NCBI GenBank assembly: GCA_963977015.1
Contig: CAXBMO010000020.1
Coordinates: 1-64,000, forward strand
Direction: 5' to 3'
DNA from: an uncultured bacterium
GTDB lineage: Bacteria; Verrucomicrobiota; Verrucomicrobiia; Verrucomicrobiales; DEV007
DNA length: 64,000 bases
The notes under the pieces were generated by a model that made no database searches, had not been told where the DNA came from, and saw only the letters and a list, made by a program, of their open reading frames with translations. This document shows, in pieces, positions 29,377-39,580 of the stretch. Position 1 is the first letter of the stretch. Every line of letters starts with the position of its first letter. The position numbers were made by a program, and so were the translations under genes.

Positions 29377-31647
29377 ATGAAAACATCAGAACCGACTGAT
29401 TGGGGTTCTTTAAGCGCGTGGAGATGCTTTTGGGCAATCCTTGTTGCTTTGGGCTACCAAACTGGGAGTGCAATCTCTGAACAGGATTCGCCCCCTTCAT
29501 CCAGCGGATTTGGGCATCTGCCAAAAGCTGCTCTCCTTCACGAACTGGATACGAAACGCGAGCGAACGCTTGCCTTGAAAGCGCAAGCGATTGCAAACAC
29601 TGATCAAGCTCGCGAACGCCTCGCGAAAACAGAGTCCCTGGTGCGCCGGGGCTTTGCTTCTTCCGCGGAACTGGCCGAAGTGCGGCGACAGTTCAGCAAC
29701 GCTTACGAGCAGCAACTCGCGCTGAACGCGCATCTGGAAATCATCCGTCATGCGCGACTGGTGGCGAGCACAACTCCGGAGAAGGAGAGCGCTGCGCGAA
29801 GAGACCAGCGAACCGCAAGCACGATGCGGCTCCCCGGCATCAGCCAACGTTACGGGAATCTGGAACTCTTCACGCTTACCGCAAATCTCGATCGGCCGAC
29901 GATGGGATCGTTGGCCGATTTTCTTGAAGCCCAATCCCGGGTCGCGTCCGCTGGAGGCCAGGTTCAGAAACTGGATGCGCGACTGGCGACCGAGAAGCTT
30001 TCGGCCATACAGGCGCTCCGCAGTTCCCGACCCATGGAATTGACGAACGCCCGAACGCAGCATCAGAATGCCTCGGCGGAGCAGAAGCTCGCATTGGCTG
30101 AAGTGGCGACTCTCCAGCGCCAGATCGGCCAACTGCGAGCCCTCGCAAATTCCGAATCAGACGAATCATCAGAAACCGCCGCAATCCCCTGGCTGGAGGA
30201 GCCGGTCGGGATGCTGGGAAGCGGTTGGCGATTCGCCGCGCCCGCCAATCCTGACATGATCCGGATTTGCCTGCCATGGTCTGAGGCACGCCAGAACGCG
30301 GATGGTCTCGTGCGAATGGCGGAAGCGGATCTGGTCGCAGCCAGTTACCGACTTAGTCTGGTGCGAAGAGCCCAACAGCGGGACGTAGCAGGTTCGGCAG
30401 AGGTACGAATTGCGGAACGTGATCTCGCCTTGGCTGGCGCAAAGCTCGATGTGGCCAAGGCCGAGGTTCGGATCGCGCAGCAGCGGCATCAGATGCTCGT
30501 TGCCGTCGCGCGGAAGCTCGATATCAGGCTCAGCGATCATCTCCGCCCGGTACGGGGGTCGATCGACACCAACACTCTGGTTGATATGATGAAGTCCGAG
30601 CTCGATCTCGGATACACCGATCCCGCTTTCCGTTTTGGCTATGTTCGCATCGCCGAGCGTTTGCTGAATGCCATCGCCAAAAAGAATAGCGCGAAATCCG
30701 ACCGCGATTTTCGGGCAAGCCGCTTGAACGGGCTCAAAGCCCTGCGTTCGGCGCGCTCTTCAGAACTGCGCTGGGCGGAGGTTGCACTCCAAAAAGCCGA
30801 GGGTCGACTTCGCGCCGCAACCCAGGACCATCAGCTAAAGGAATTGGAGCTGATTCAGTGGGCTTCGCTCGGGGAATTGCTTCGCGAAAACCCGAATCCC
30901 AGTCCAACGTCACTCGATCCGATTCTCCAGTCCGAGGCACAAACCCTCGCCAAGTTGCAAGGCCAACTGGAGCAACACCGATTGGCCGGGGCGAAGATTC
31001 GGCTCGACTACCAGACCGATCTCGCAAGGCGCACGCTGCGCCTTCGATCGGCTTCAAGCTACGAGAGGGAGAAGGTCGTCCAGTTGCAGAAGCAGGCTCA
31101 CGGTCAATGGGCGTCGGCAAATCACCAAATCACACTCGCCCGCCAAACGCTGAACTTCGCATCGAGCTTGAACACGGTCTACCGGCCCTATGATGTCGTC
31201 GATCTGCCGTCTTCGGTTCGCCAACAATTGCATGGTATCGCCCACCAAAGCCACGGCTCCAACGCTGGTGAAATTGCCTCGCTCGATGCCGAATATCGCA
31301 TCGCAAAAGCGCGAGCGGACCGCCTCGTGGTGCTTCTGCATCGCGGCGTGGCGTCGAGGGAGGAAGTGCGACAAAGTCGTGCGGCCGAATCCCGGCTCGC
31401 GGCAAAGATCGAGGCCGAACGCGCCAAATCGTCGGTCGCCCAACAAGCTGGAATGCTGATGGCATCGGTCGATCGCGCAGTCGAAACCACGACGTCCCCA
31501 ACGGACCGTCGCCCGATGAGTCTCGCCGAACTGCCGGATCAGTCGTTGCTCGAAACTACCGATGGAACAGCGCTCAAGCCCATTCCCGAATTGCCGACGT
31601 CCGCAACCTCACTTGCCACTCAGAAGAAGCATCCGATCAAACGGTAG
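29377..31647 (+). CDS. Large exported coiled-coil protein with repeated TolC/MFP-hairpin-like motifs
   Basis: Probable signal peptide; Ala/Leu/Arg/Gln-rich helices with recurring turn motifs such as LVRRGFASSAEL and LLHRGVASREEV. Confidence 0.7.
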   Translation: MKTSEPTDWGSLSAWRCFWAILVALGYQTGSAISEQDSPPSSSGFGHLPKAALLHELDTKRERTLALKAQAIANTDQARERLAKTESLVRRGFASSAELAEVRRQFSNAYEQQLALNAHLEIIRHARLVASTTPEKESAARRDQRTASTMRLPGISQRYGNLELFTLTANLDRPTMGSLADFLEAQSRVASAGGQVQKLDARLATEKLSAIQALRSSRPMELTNARTQHQNASAEQKLALAEVATLQRQIGQLRALANSESDESSETAAIPWLEEPVGMLGSGWRFAAPANPDMIRICLPWSEARQNADGLVRMAEADLVAASYRLSLVRRAQQRDVAGSAEVRIAERDLALAGAKLDVAKAEVRIAQQRHQMLVAVARKLDIRLSDHLRPVRGSIDTNTLVDMMKSELDLGYTDPAFRFGYVRIAERLLNAIAKKNSAKSDRDFRASRLNGLKALRSARSSELRWAEVALQKAEGRLRAATQDHQLKELELIQWASLGELLRENPNPSPTSLDPILQSEAQTLAKLQGQLEQHRLAGAKIRLDYQTDLARRTLRLRSASSYEREKVVQLQKQAHGQWASANHQITLARQTLNFASSLNTVYRPYDVVDLPSSVRQQLHGIAHQSHGSNAGEIASLDAEYRIAKARADRLVVLLHRGVASREEVRQSRAAESRLAAKIEAERAKSSVAQQAGMLMASVDRAVETTTSPTDRRPMSLAELPDQSLLETTDGTALKPIPELPTSATSLATQKKHPIKR

Positions 31648-31656
31648 CGACGAATC

Positions 31657-32988
31657 TCAGGGCCGGGCGGAGATCACTTCCGCTTCCCAGCTTTGGAGCA
31701 TGGCGGTGAGACGGGCTTTCGTGGCTGGGTCATCCAGCGGCGTGGATTCCGTTGGGTCCCCGGCCAGATTGAACAGCCAGTTTTCAGTCGCGCCGCCTTC
31801 CTCGCGCCACACCATCTTCCAATCGTGATCGCGAACGGCTCGCCAGGTTCGGTCGCCGCGCTTCGATCGCCAGTAGAGGGATCGGGGTGAGCTGGGGCGT
31901 TCGGCGCGTTCGTGCGCCAGAATGTCGATCCCGTCGAGCCCGTCCGGCACCTGAGCGCCTGCAGCTTGCAGAAACGAAGTCGACAAATCCATGAGACAAC
32001 CGACGCGATGGGAGACCGTTCCCGGATGAAGCTGCCCGGGCCAGCGAACGATGCAGGGAACACGGATGCCGCCTTCAAACAACGTGCTTTTGAAATCGCG
32101 AAGCGGAGCGTTGAACCCGGGCGCGATCGCGCCGTGATCGCTCGCAAACACGACCAGGGTATTGGATGAGAAATCCGCCCGATCCAGTTTCTCCAGGATT
32201 TGCCCGACGTTCGCGTCCATGTCCTCAAGCATCTTCACATAGGTTTCGCGCGTGCCCTTGGTCCACTGCTCCGCCGAAACGGGCTCCGGCGTCAGGTCGT
32301 CGGGCCCTTGAAACGGAAAGTGCGGCGCACCGTAGGGAACGTAGAGAAAGAACGGCGATTCGGCGCTCTGCCGGTCGAGGAAATCGAGCGCGTCCTGGGT
32401 GATGAGATGCGTCATGTATCCTTCGCGTTTGATGACCTCGCGACCATCAAGGCAGACCGGGATATCCGACAGTTCGATGTGATGAAAGTAGTCGACATTG
32501 CCGCCCAAAAATCCGCGAAACTCATCAAACCCCTGGTCGAGCGGGTTGAATTTAGGCTCGTAACCGAGGTGCCACTTTCCAAAAACCGCCGTCCGATACC
32601 CGAGCTTGCTCAGGCCCGGTGCCAACTCGGCGTGTTCTGGCGGAAGCCCGAGGTCGGCGGTTTGGGCCAACGCTATGGCATCGTCATAGCGCCCGACATT
32701 GCCGGTTCCGATCGCGCATTCCAGACCGCCAACCCGTTGCGGGTAGCGCCCGGTCAGAATCGCAGTTCGCGAGGGCGTGCATTCGGGTCCATTGGCGTAA
32801 AACTGGCTGAACCGGACCCCCTGACTGGCAAGTGCATCCAGATGAGGCGTTTCGACATCCGGAGCGCCGTAACTCGGTAAATCTCCATATCCCATATCGT
32901 CGACAAGGATGAGGACGATGTTTGGCTGATTCTGGGCGGAAAGCGCACCCGTCAGGATCAGGCTGATGGCGATAAAGATGTGTTTCAT
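31657..32988 (-). CDS. Cys-type sulfatase, exported
   Basis: PNIVLILVDDMGYGD, CTPSRTAILTG, GKWHLG, SDHG, EGGIRVP. Confidence 0.95.
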   Translation of the reverse strand: MKHIFIAISLILTGALSAQNQPNIVLILVDDMGYGDLPSYGAPDVETPHLDALASQGVRFSQFYANGPECTPSRTAILTGRYPQRVGGLECAIGTGNVGRYDDAIALAQTADLGLPPEHAELAPGLSKLGYRTAVFGKWHLGYEPKFNPLDQGFDEFRGFLGGNVDYFHHIELSDIPVCLDGREVIKREGYMTHLITQDALDFLDRQSAESPFFLYVPYGAPHFPFQGPDDLTPEPVSAEQWTKGTRETYVKMLEDMDANVGQILEKLDRADFSSNTLVVFASDHGAIAPGFNAPLRDFKSTLFEGGIRVPCIVRWPGQLHPGTVSHRVGCLMDLSTSFLQAAGAQVPDGLDGIDILAHERAERPSSPRSLYWRSKRGDRTWRAVRDHDWKMVWREEGGATENWLFNLAGDPTESTPLDDPATKARLTAMLQSWEAEVISARP

Positions 32989-33110
32989 GGATGGTTGGAC
33001 GTATCTCCCATCCGAACACGGCTTCAATCGCGTAATTTGTCTCAATTCTGTCGCGATCACCAAAGAGAACCGAATTTGCGAGGCACTTCGCGAGCCCTTT
33101 CCAAACACCC

Positions 33111-36100
33111 CTAGGATCTTTCGAGATAGGCGAGCAAGGCGGCAAACTCCTTCACCGTCAGGTTATTGACCAACCCTGGCGGCATCATCGAGGCGGGAGA
33201 TTCTTCCCGTTTGGCGATTTGATCCGGCTTGAGAACCGTCACTTTGCCGGTGATGTCCCTCACTTCGATCTCGTCAGCGGCTTCCTTGGAGACAAAGGCC
33301 ATCAGGATGTTCCCGTCTTTCAGGGTGAACAAGTTGGTGTGGAATCCCTGCGCAATTGACTTGTTGGGGTTGAGAATGGCTTCGGCCAGATCCTTCCCTT
33401 TGTAGATTCCGGAGATGTTGCCGAGATAGGGTCCTTTCAAGGGTTCGTCCGGCTTCATCGTGTGACAGATGACGCAGGTTTGCTGCCCGAAAAGGGCTTC
33501 GCCAAGTTCCGCGTCTCCCTTGATCTTCGCGACTTGGGCCAACACGGAAATCGGTTCCATCGTTCCAATCAACGCGTCCTTCGGTTTTGATTCGGCATCG
33601 AGATCGATGCGAAGCGACCTTGCGGCTGACTCCGCAGCCTTGACGACGTTGGGTTCGGGTCGCGACGCTGCTGCGATGACAATTGCTTTGGAATTGCGAT
33701 GTTTCGTTTCGGCAATCGCACGAAGCAACCAGATGAGGTGGTCCGGGTTCGATTCCAGTTGGGTTTCCTCCAAAGCGGTCTCGATTTCTCCCCGCGTTTC
33801 CGGCGCCAGCGGCTTGCGATCGAGCAATTTGACGAGCACGCCGAACGCCATTCGACCGGCTTTCTCGTCTTCACCATGCGCCACCTCGATCAGCATTTCG
33901 TAGTGATTCTCGATCTCCGGATTGTCCGGGATCGCATCGCGCAGCCAATTCTTGATGTGAGGAATCGTCTTGAACTCATTCCTCCGGACCGCGAGATCAA
34001 ACGCGACTTCGAAACCGTAGGGGTCGCGCCCTTTCGCCAACGCCCTTGCGGCGTTCAAGCGAAGCTCATCGTCGCGATCCGATGAGGTCGCGACCCGAAT
34101 CAATGCCGGAATCGCGTCAGCCGGAGCCTCGGTTTTCTTCAAAACCAGATCGACGAGCGATTTCTCCAGACTTGGATCCTTTTCCGCCAATTTGAGCACG
34201 GTCGGAATCGAATCGTTGAGATCAATCTGGTTTCGCGAAATTTCGGCGATCAACGCGGCTTTGTCGGTTTTTTCGTGCGTGAGCGCCATGCGCAGGGTTT
34301 CGGCAATTTTCTCGCTCATTTCCCAGGTTACGCGCTTGTAGTAGGGTCCGGTCGTATCGGGACGCGTTCCCCAGCTTTCCCCCTTCCACTCCCCTTCGCG
34401 AAAGTAGAGGCGAGCGAGCGTTTTCAGGATTCCCGACGCGTTGGAGGGATCGGAAGCCTCTCCGAGTTGAACCTCCAAATTCGAGATAAGGTGCTCCACG
34501 ACTTTCGGGTCGTGCATTTGCTGGAGCGCGCGATGAACTTGCGGGTATTCGAGGTAGGCTTCCAAACAGGCATCAACCGCCTTGGTTTCGACCAGGGCGT
34601 TGATCGCAACATGAGCGACGTTTGGATCACTGTCGTTCGTCATCGTGATGAGCGTATCAGCACCATCTTTGGTCGCCGCAAGCCAACGAACGATCTCCAA
34701 TCGCACCGCAGGATCGGTCGCCACAATCTCGATGGAGGGATCATCCATCGGCTTGCCGATTTCGGCCAAGGCGCGAGTCGCGACTTCGGGATACTGCTTG
34801 AGAACATCCGCCCAAAAGGAAATCGGCAACTCGCTTCCGCCGAGAGCGAGCGTGAAGATTGCCGCTGCGGCGATTTGTTCCGAACCGGATTTCGTTGCGA
34901 GAGCAACAAGGACATTCCGAGTCGCGTCGTTCAAGCCGCGCCGCAGCAGTTCCCATTGCGCCGCTTTCCGCACGGTGAAGCTCTCATCTCCAATCAAACT
35001 TGCCAATTCCTCGTCCGTCGCGTTGGCGAAATCCGGAACCGCCCGCTTCTCGTGTCCCTTGGGTTGCACCACCGCGACGTAACCGATGTAATCGCCATCG
35101 TACTTGAAGCGTCCGTCCTTCCAGCTCGAAACGTAGATTCGCCCACCCGCGTCAATCGTCGCATCGGTCGAACGAGGCGTCTTGATGAACTCGATCTGCT
35201 CATCCTCCTGAAAGGTGGCGCCCTTCTTTGAAAGTTTGTGGGCGTAAACCCAGCCCGGGCCCCAGTCCACGGTGCAGGGAATGTTTTGGTAGGGCTCCGG
35301 ATAGCCTGGTTCATCAATCCAGACCGAACCGACCCCCGAACCACCGCCATAATCGCGAAGCGGTTGAATGATCTCCTCCTCGAAGTTCCGATACAGACTC
35401 GGATATCCGTGGTGATCGAGTCCGGTAAAGTGATGAAGCCGCACATCCCAACCTCCGCCATCGTTCGTGTTGTCCCGGGTAAAGGCTTCCAGGGTCGGCC
35501 CGACCGCCACTTCGTAAATGTTCCGTGTTCCCCGGCTGAAAATGTGCATCCCGGTTCCATCGCGGCGAATGCGAACCACTCCCCCGCCTCGAAGTTGAAG
35601 CTCGGTTCCATCGGTGCCCCTGGCGTTCATGAATCCGAAATCGCCGATCGCGCAATAGATCCAGCCGTCGATTCCGAGCGTGATCCCGTTGGAAGTATGG
35701 TCGGCGGGCCGGTCCTTGAAACCGAACGCGATCCCTTCGACCAACACTTCCTCTTCGTCGGAAACTCCGTCGCCGTCGTTGTCCCGGTATCGGCTCAGAT
35801 GGGGAGGATGGAGGCAATAAAGCCATTCTCCGTCCCACTCCAACCCGCGAGGCGAGTCCACGTTTTCCACGAACTTGTGAACCTGGTCCGCTTTTCCGTC
35901 TCCGTCCGAATCCACACATTGCAAAATTGCCCCGCGGTTTGGGTCTCGAGCCAGCGAACCGTTCTTGTCCTGACTCACAAACACCACGCCATCGGGCGTT
36001 GCCTTCACAAACGTCGGGTAATTTACACTTGGCGGCTTCGCGAAAATCTTGGCCTCGAAGTTCTCGGGGACGACGACGGTTTTGAGCAACTCGGCCTCGG

Positions 36101-36182
36101 TGGACTGGGCCTGAGCGAATTGGAGGCTGGGCAAAAACGCGACAAGGGCGACCAAATGGCAAAAGGATGGGCGGGGTGACAT
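33111..36182 (-). CDS. PVC-type membrane-bound dehydrogenase with HEAT repeats and C-terminal heme c domain
   Basis: DSDGDGKAD propeller, GIDGWIY, GTRNIYE; C-terminal CVICH...GPYL...AILNPN...SMMPPGL. Confidence 0.9.
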   Translation of the reverse strand: MSPRPSFCHLVALVAFLPSLQFAQAQSTEAELLKTVVVPENFEAKIFAKPPSVNYPTFVKATPDGVVFVSQDKNGSLARDPNRGAILQCVDSDGDGKADQVHKFVENVDSPRGLEWDGEWLYCLHPPHLSRYRDNDGDGVSDEEEVLVEGIAFGFKDRPADHTSNGITLGIDGWIYCAIGDFGFMNARGTDGTELQLRGGGVVRIRRDGTGMHIFSRGTRNIYEVAVGPTLEAFTRDNTNDGGGWDVRLHHFTGLDHHGYPSLYRNFEEEIIQPLRDYGGGSGVGSVWIDEPGYPEPYQNIPCTVDWGPGWVYAHKLSKKGATFQEDEQIEFIKTPRSTDATIDAGGRIYVSSWKDGRFKYDGDYIGYVAVVQPKGHEKRAVPDFANATDEELASLIGDESFTVRKAAQWELLRRGLNDATRNVLVALATKSGSEQIAAAAIFTLALGGSELPISFWADVLKQYPEVATRALAEIGKPMDDPSIEIVATDPAVRLEIVRWLAATKDGADTLITMTNDSDPNVAHVAINALVETKAVDACLEAYLEYPQVHRALQQMHDPKVVEHLISNLEVQLGEASDPSNASGILKTLARLYFREGEWKGESWGTRPDTTGPYYKRVTWEMSEKIAETLRMALTHEKTDKAALIAEISRNQIDLNDSIPTVLKLAEKDPSLEKSLVDLVLKKTEAPADAIPALIRVATSSDRDDELRLNAARALAKGRDPYGFEVAFDLAVRRNEFKTIPHIKNWLRDAIPDNPEIENHYEMLIEVAHGEDEKAGRMAFGVLVKLLDRKPLAPETRGEIETALEETQLESNPDHLIWLLRAIAETKHRNSKAIVIAAASRPEPNVVKAAESAARSLRIDLDAESKPKDALIGTMEPISVLAQVAKIKGDAELGEALFGQQTCVICHTMKPDEPLKGPYLGNISGIYKGKDLAEAILNPNKSIAQGFHTNLFTLKDGNILMAFVSKEAADEIEVRDITGKVTVLKPDQIAKREESPASMMPPGLVNNLTVKEFAALLAYLERS

Positions 36183-36243
36183 TGGCCGCGACGATCCATC
36201 ATGGCCCGGAATCGTGCAAGTGGCGATATCCCCCAGATCCCCT

Positions 36244-38076
36244 CTACTGCAAGCCCTTCACGGGCATGAGCGATTTGTCGCGGTTCGCCTTGTTCACCAG
36301 AATTTGCTCCGCCGTGTGCCGCAGGAGTAATTCAGCGATTTTGACGGCTTCGCTGACACTGGATTTGTCCTCGGGATCAAATTTGGATTCCACATCCACA
36401 TCGTTAGGGAGTTTCTCATGATAACGAAGCTTCCCATTGGTGATCACCAGGAATCGCTTCACATCTCCCAACTTGTCGGCCGGGGGTTCCGGCGTCTTGA
36501 ACAAATGACCGTCATACGGACTGGTGGGATCATCGATGCGCCTCCCTTCAACAACCGAGGCGATTACTGCATCGAGATTTCCGTGATTTTCCGCGACGAA
36601 ATCGATTCCCGTCGAATGGGCGGCCGCGGCTACTGCAGCGACGCTTTGCGCATATCGGCGAGCTTGCAACGCTTCCTCAACATACAGGCGCCGTTCCAGC
36701 AGCCTGAGGCGCTCCGGACATTCGCTCGGGCTGACACTCATCAAATTCGTCGGCGGCTCCAACAGGTCAAAAACGTTGATGTCTGGAGAAGCTTGCTTGA
36801 GTTGGCCTCCTTCGATCTTCAAATAGGGAAGAACCCGCGCCTGTTCTTCGGTCGAAAGTCTGGGGCCATCGTTTTCCGCATCGCAGATCAACTTGATGGT
36901 CAGGGCCAGGTTTCCTCCGGCTTGTTCAACAAACGACGCGCCATTCTCGCCGGGAATTTTCCCAAGAAGCTCAACCTCAGCCGCAAGCTCTTCAGCAAAC
37001 AGGCGCTCCTTCAGCTGCTCCAGGGTGTTTACCCGGTGCACCAGCAGACGGCGAACCTCATCCAGGGTCGGCTCCGCGACTTTCGGGATTGTCGCTTCCA
37101 CTGGAGCGGAGGTGACCTTCACCGGTGGAATCGCACTAATCGGCGTATGTTTGAGAAGCTTTGGGTCCGGCTTGTTCTCCCCTTCGATCGGGTTCATCAC
37201 CGGATGAATGATAAAGCGTTGAATCCAGGCGCTCAATTGCTGACGCTCCGCCGGAAACTGATCCAGGACGACCAGAACGATGGTCGCCAGCAAACAAATC
37301 AGCGCCGGAATCCCGACGGCTGGAGAAATTTTCCGTTTGGAAGCACCGTCTGCCGACCAATCCATGGGAGCTTCGGTAACTGGAGTGGCCTTCGGTTGCT
37401 TTTCTTTTTCCTGGGCCGTGTCTGCAGCCTCATCTTCGACCTTGTCCTTCCCGAATTGGAGAAAACTGGGCTTGGAACCGGCATCTTTGGGCCGGGTCCG
37501 TTTCGTAAAGGCAGCGACAAAGCCTTTTGGACCAGGTTTCTCAGCGACGGGCTCGGGCTGAGGGGCTTCGGATGGTTCCAACGTTGCCTTTTCAGGAGGC
37601 GCCTCTTCGGCACTTGGAGAAGCCGGGTCCGGTCCCGATTCCGGCTTGGGCGGGTAACCAGGAACAGGATCTTTCGGATCTGAAACCGGCTCGGGTTGAG
37701 GCTGGGCCGACTCCGGTTGACTCTGACCCAATGCCGCGTTTAGCCCTGCTCCATCAATCAGTTGCAGAGGAACGGACTCCGCCGCCTGAAGCACAGCAGG
37801 ATCGAAATAGCTATTGGTGACAAACACCGCACTGTGCGCACCGGACTGACTCACCGCCCCCCAAAACGTATCAAGCTGCTGCATCTTGACCAATTGCGAC
37901 GGATCCGTCGCAAAACAACCAACCGCAACGTGCTGGGTGGGTTGTTGAGCCGGCGTCGCGATGAACGTGATCTCAACAGGAAGTCCGTCGGGCCGGCTGA
38001 GTTGGAATCCCGCCGAACTGTAGATTTGCGCAACCGTGTCGACCAAGCGCTGTGGCAGGTCGTTTTGGGTGGGCAT
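36244..38076 (-). CDS. Membrane protein: degenerate Mrr-like nuclease domain, Pro-rich linker, TM helix, duplicated C-terminal domain
   Basis: N-terminal AVFVTNSYF...LQLIDGAGL; TM GIPALICLLATIVLVVL; start at 38076 or 38100. Confidence 0.75.
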   Translation of the reverse strand: MPTQNDLPQRLVDTVAQIYSSAGFQLSRPDGLPVEITFIATPAQQPTQHVAVGCFATDPSQLVKMQQLDTFWGAVSQSGAHSAVFVTNSYFDPAVLQAAESVPLQLIDGAGLNAALGQSQPESAQPQPEPVSDPKDPVPGYPPKPESGPDPASPSAEEAPPEKATLEPSEAPQPEPVAEKPGPKGFVAAFTKRTRPKDAGSKPSFLQFGKDKVEDEAADTAQEKEKQPKATPVTEAPMDWSADGASKRKISPAVGIPALICLLATIVLVVLDQFPAERQQLSAWIQRFIIHPVMNPIEGENKPDPKLLKHTPISAIPPVKVTSAPVEATIPKVAEPTLDEVRRLLVHRVNTLEQLKERLFAEELAAEVELLGKIPGENGASFVEQAGGNLALTIKLICDAENDGPRLSTEEQARVLPYLKIEGGQLKQASPDINVFDLLEPPTNLMSVSPSECPERLRLLERRLYVEEALQARRYAQSVAAVAAAAHSTGIDFVAENHGNLDAVIASVVEGRRIDDPTSPYDGHLFKTPEPPADKLGDVKRFLVITNGKLRYHEKLPNDVDVESKFDPEDKSSVSEAVKIAELLLRHTAEQILVNKANRDKSLMPVKGLQ

Positions 38077-38228
38077 CGGCTCGGCGTTTTGGGAATACAC
38101 GGAGCGAAGGTTACCACAAGTGAATATTTCTTAAACCCATTTATTTCGGAAAAGTTAACTTACTTTGCGCGTACTTTACCGTCGCTAGATTCGAACACTG
38201 GCGTTCCAAACCTGTCTGAACGCTTTAT

Positions 38229-39566
38229 ATGGCCACTTTGAAGCCTCTCTCCCGCCGCACTTTACTTCGTGGACTCGGAGTCACCATGTCGTTGCCACTT
38301 CTGGAAGCGATGGGCCCTGTGCATTCCTTTGCTGCGTCCAGTTCCACCAAGTCGCCGCTTCGCATGGGATTCGTGTATCTCCCGAACGGCGTGATCATGA
38401 ATCAATGGACGCCGAACCAAGAGGGCTCGAGCTTTGAGTTGCCCAACACGCTCAAACCGCTCAACCCGCTTAAAAGCCAGCTTCAGGTTCTCAGTGGCCT
38501 CGATCATGACAAGGCCAAGAACAATGGTGACGGTGGTGGCGATCATGCCCGGGCAAACGCCACCTTTTTAACCGGCTGCCAAGCCAAGAAGACCGCTGGT
38601 GCGGATATTCGCATCGGGGTTTCGGTCGATCAGGTCGCCGCAGCAAGGATTTCCGGCCAAACGCGAGTCGATTCCCTCCAGCTGGGCTGTGATGTCGGTC
38701 GAAAAGCCGGTCGCTGCGACTCGGGCTACAGTTGCGCCTACCAGTTCAATTTCTCCTGGAAGACCGAGAATCTGCCGATGCCTCCGGAGATCGATCCTCG
38801 CGTCGTCTTCGAAAAGCTCTTCGGCAGCGGCATTTTGGGCGACGTGAAAAAGAACCAGGCGGTGCGCGCGAAATACCAAAAGAGTATTCTGGATTTTGTG
38901 CGCGAAGACGCCCTCGCCCTTCAATCGAAACTCGGGCATACGGATCGCGCCAAGTTGGACGAATACATGACCGGGGTTCGCGAGTTGGAACGCCAGATTG
39001 AGCACGCTGAGAAGTTTACCAAGCAGCTTCCTGACCTGAACGCGCCAACCGGGATCCCGAGCGAGTTCAAGGAACACATTCGACTGATGTATGACCTCAT
39101 GGCGATGGCCTTTCAGACCGACACCACGCGGGTGGCGACGTTTTTGGTCGCCCACGACGGAAGCAACCGCAGCTTCCGCGACATTGGCGTAGGTGAGGGC
39201 CACCACTATCTATCCCATCACCGGGATGAGAAATCGAAGATCGAGAAGCTGGCGAAAATCGACAGGTTCTACACCGAACAATTCGCGTATTTTCTTCAGA
39301 AGCTCGCCGGAATGCGCGAAGAAGGAGGCTCGGTGCTCGATCACTCCATGATCGTCTTCGGCGGAGGCCACAGCGACGGGAATCGCCACGATCACGAAAA
39401 TCTGCCCGTGATTCTCGCCGGAAAAGGAAACGGAACGCTGCAAACCGGGCGTCACGTCAATCACCAGAGCAAACCGATGAACAACCTGTTCCTGACGATG
39501 CTCGACAACTTTGGAACCCCGGTCGATCGGCTTGGCGACAGCACCGGCCGCCTGAGTAACGTCTAG
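38229..39566 (+). CDS. DUF1552 (HXXSHH) family protein
   Basis: SRRTLLRGLG, GYSCAY, KSILDFV, HHYLSHH, LGDSTG. Confidence 0.93.
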   Translation: MATLKPLSRRTLLRGLGVTMSLPLLEAMGPVHSFAASSSTKSPLRMGFVYLPNGVIMNQWTPNQEGSSFELPNTLKPLNPLKSQLQVLSGLDHDKAKNNGDGGGDHARANATFLTGCQAKKTAGADIRIGVSVDQVAAARISGQTRVDSLQLGCDVGRKAGRCDSGYSCAYQFNFSWKTENLPMPPEIDPRVVFEKLFGSGILGDVKKNQAVRAKYQKSILDFVREDALALQSKLGHTDRAKLDEYMTGVRELERQIEHAEKFTKQLPDLNAPTGIPSEFKEHIRLMYDLMAMAFQTDTTRVATFLVAHDGSNRSFRDIGVGEGHHYLSHHRDEKSKIEKLAKIDRFYTEQFAYFLQKLAGMREEGGSVLDHSMIVFGGGHSDGNRHDHENLPVILAGKGNGTLQTGRHVNHQSKPMNNLFLTMLDNFGTPVDRLGDSTGRLSNV

Positions 39567-39580
39567 CCTGGACTCGAGAA

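Noticed and set aside
36418-37683. 421-aa plus-strand ORF
   Set aside because: Antisense to the Mrr-like membrane protein; Arg-rich shadow composition
36244-38076. Active type IV (Mrr) restriction system
   Set aside because: Catalytic residues appear absent and no other defence genes are adjacent
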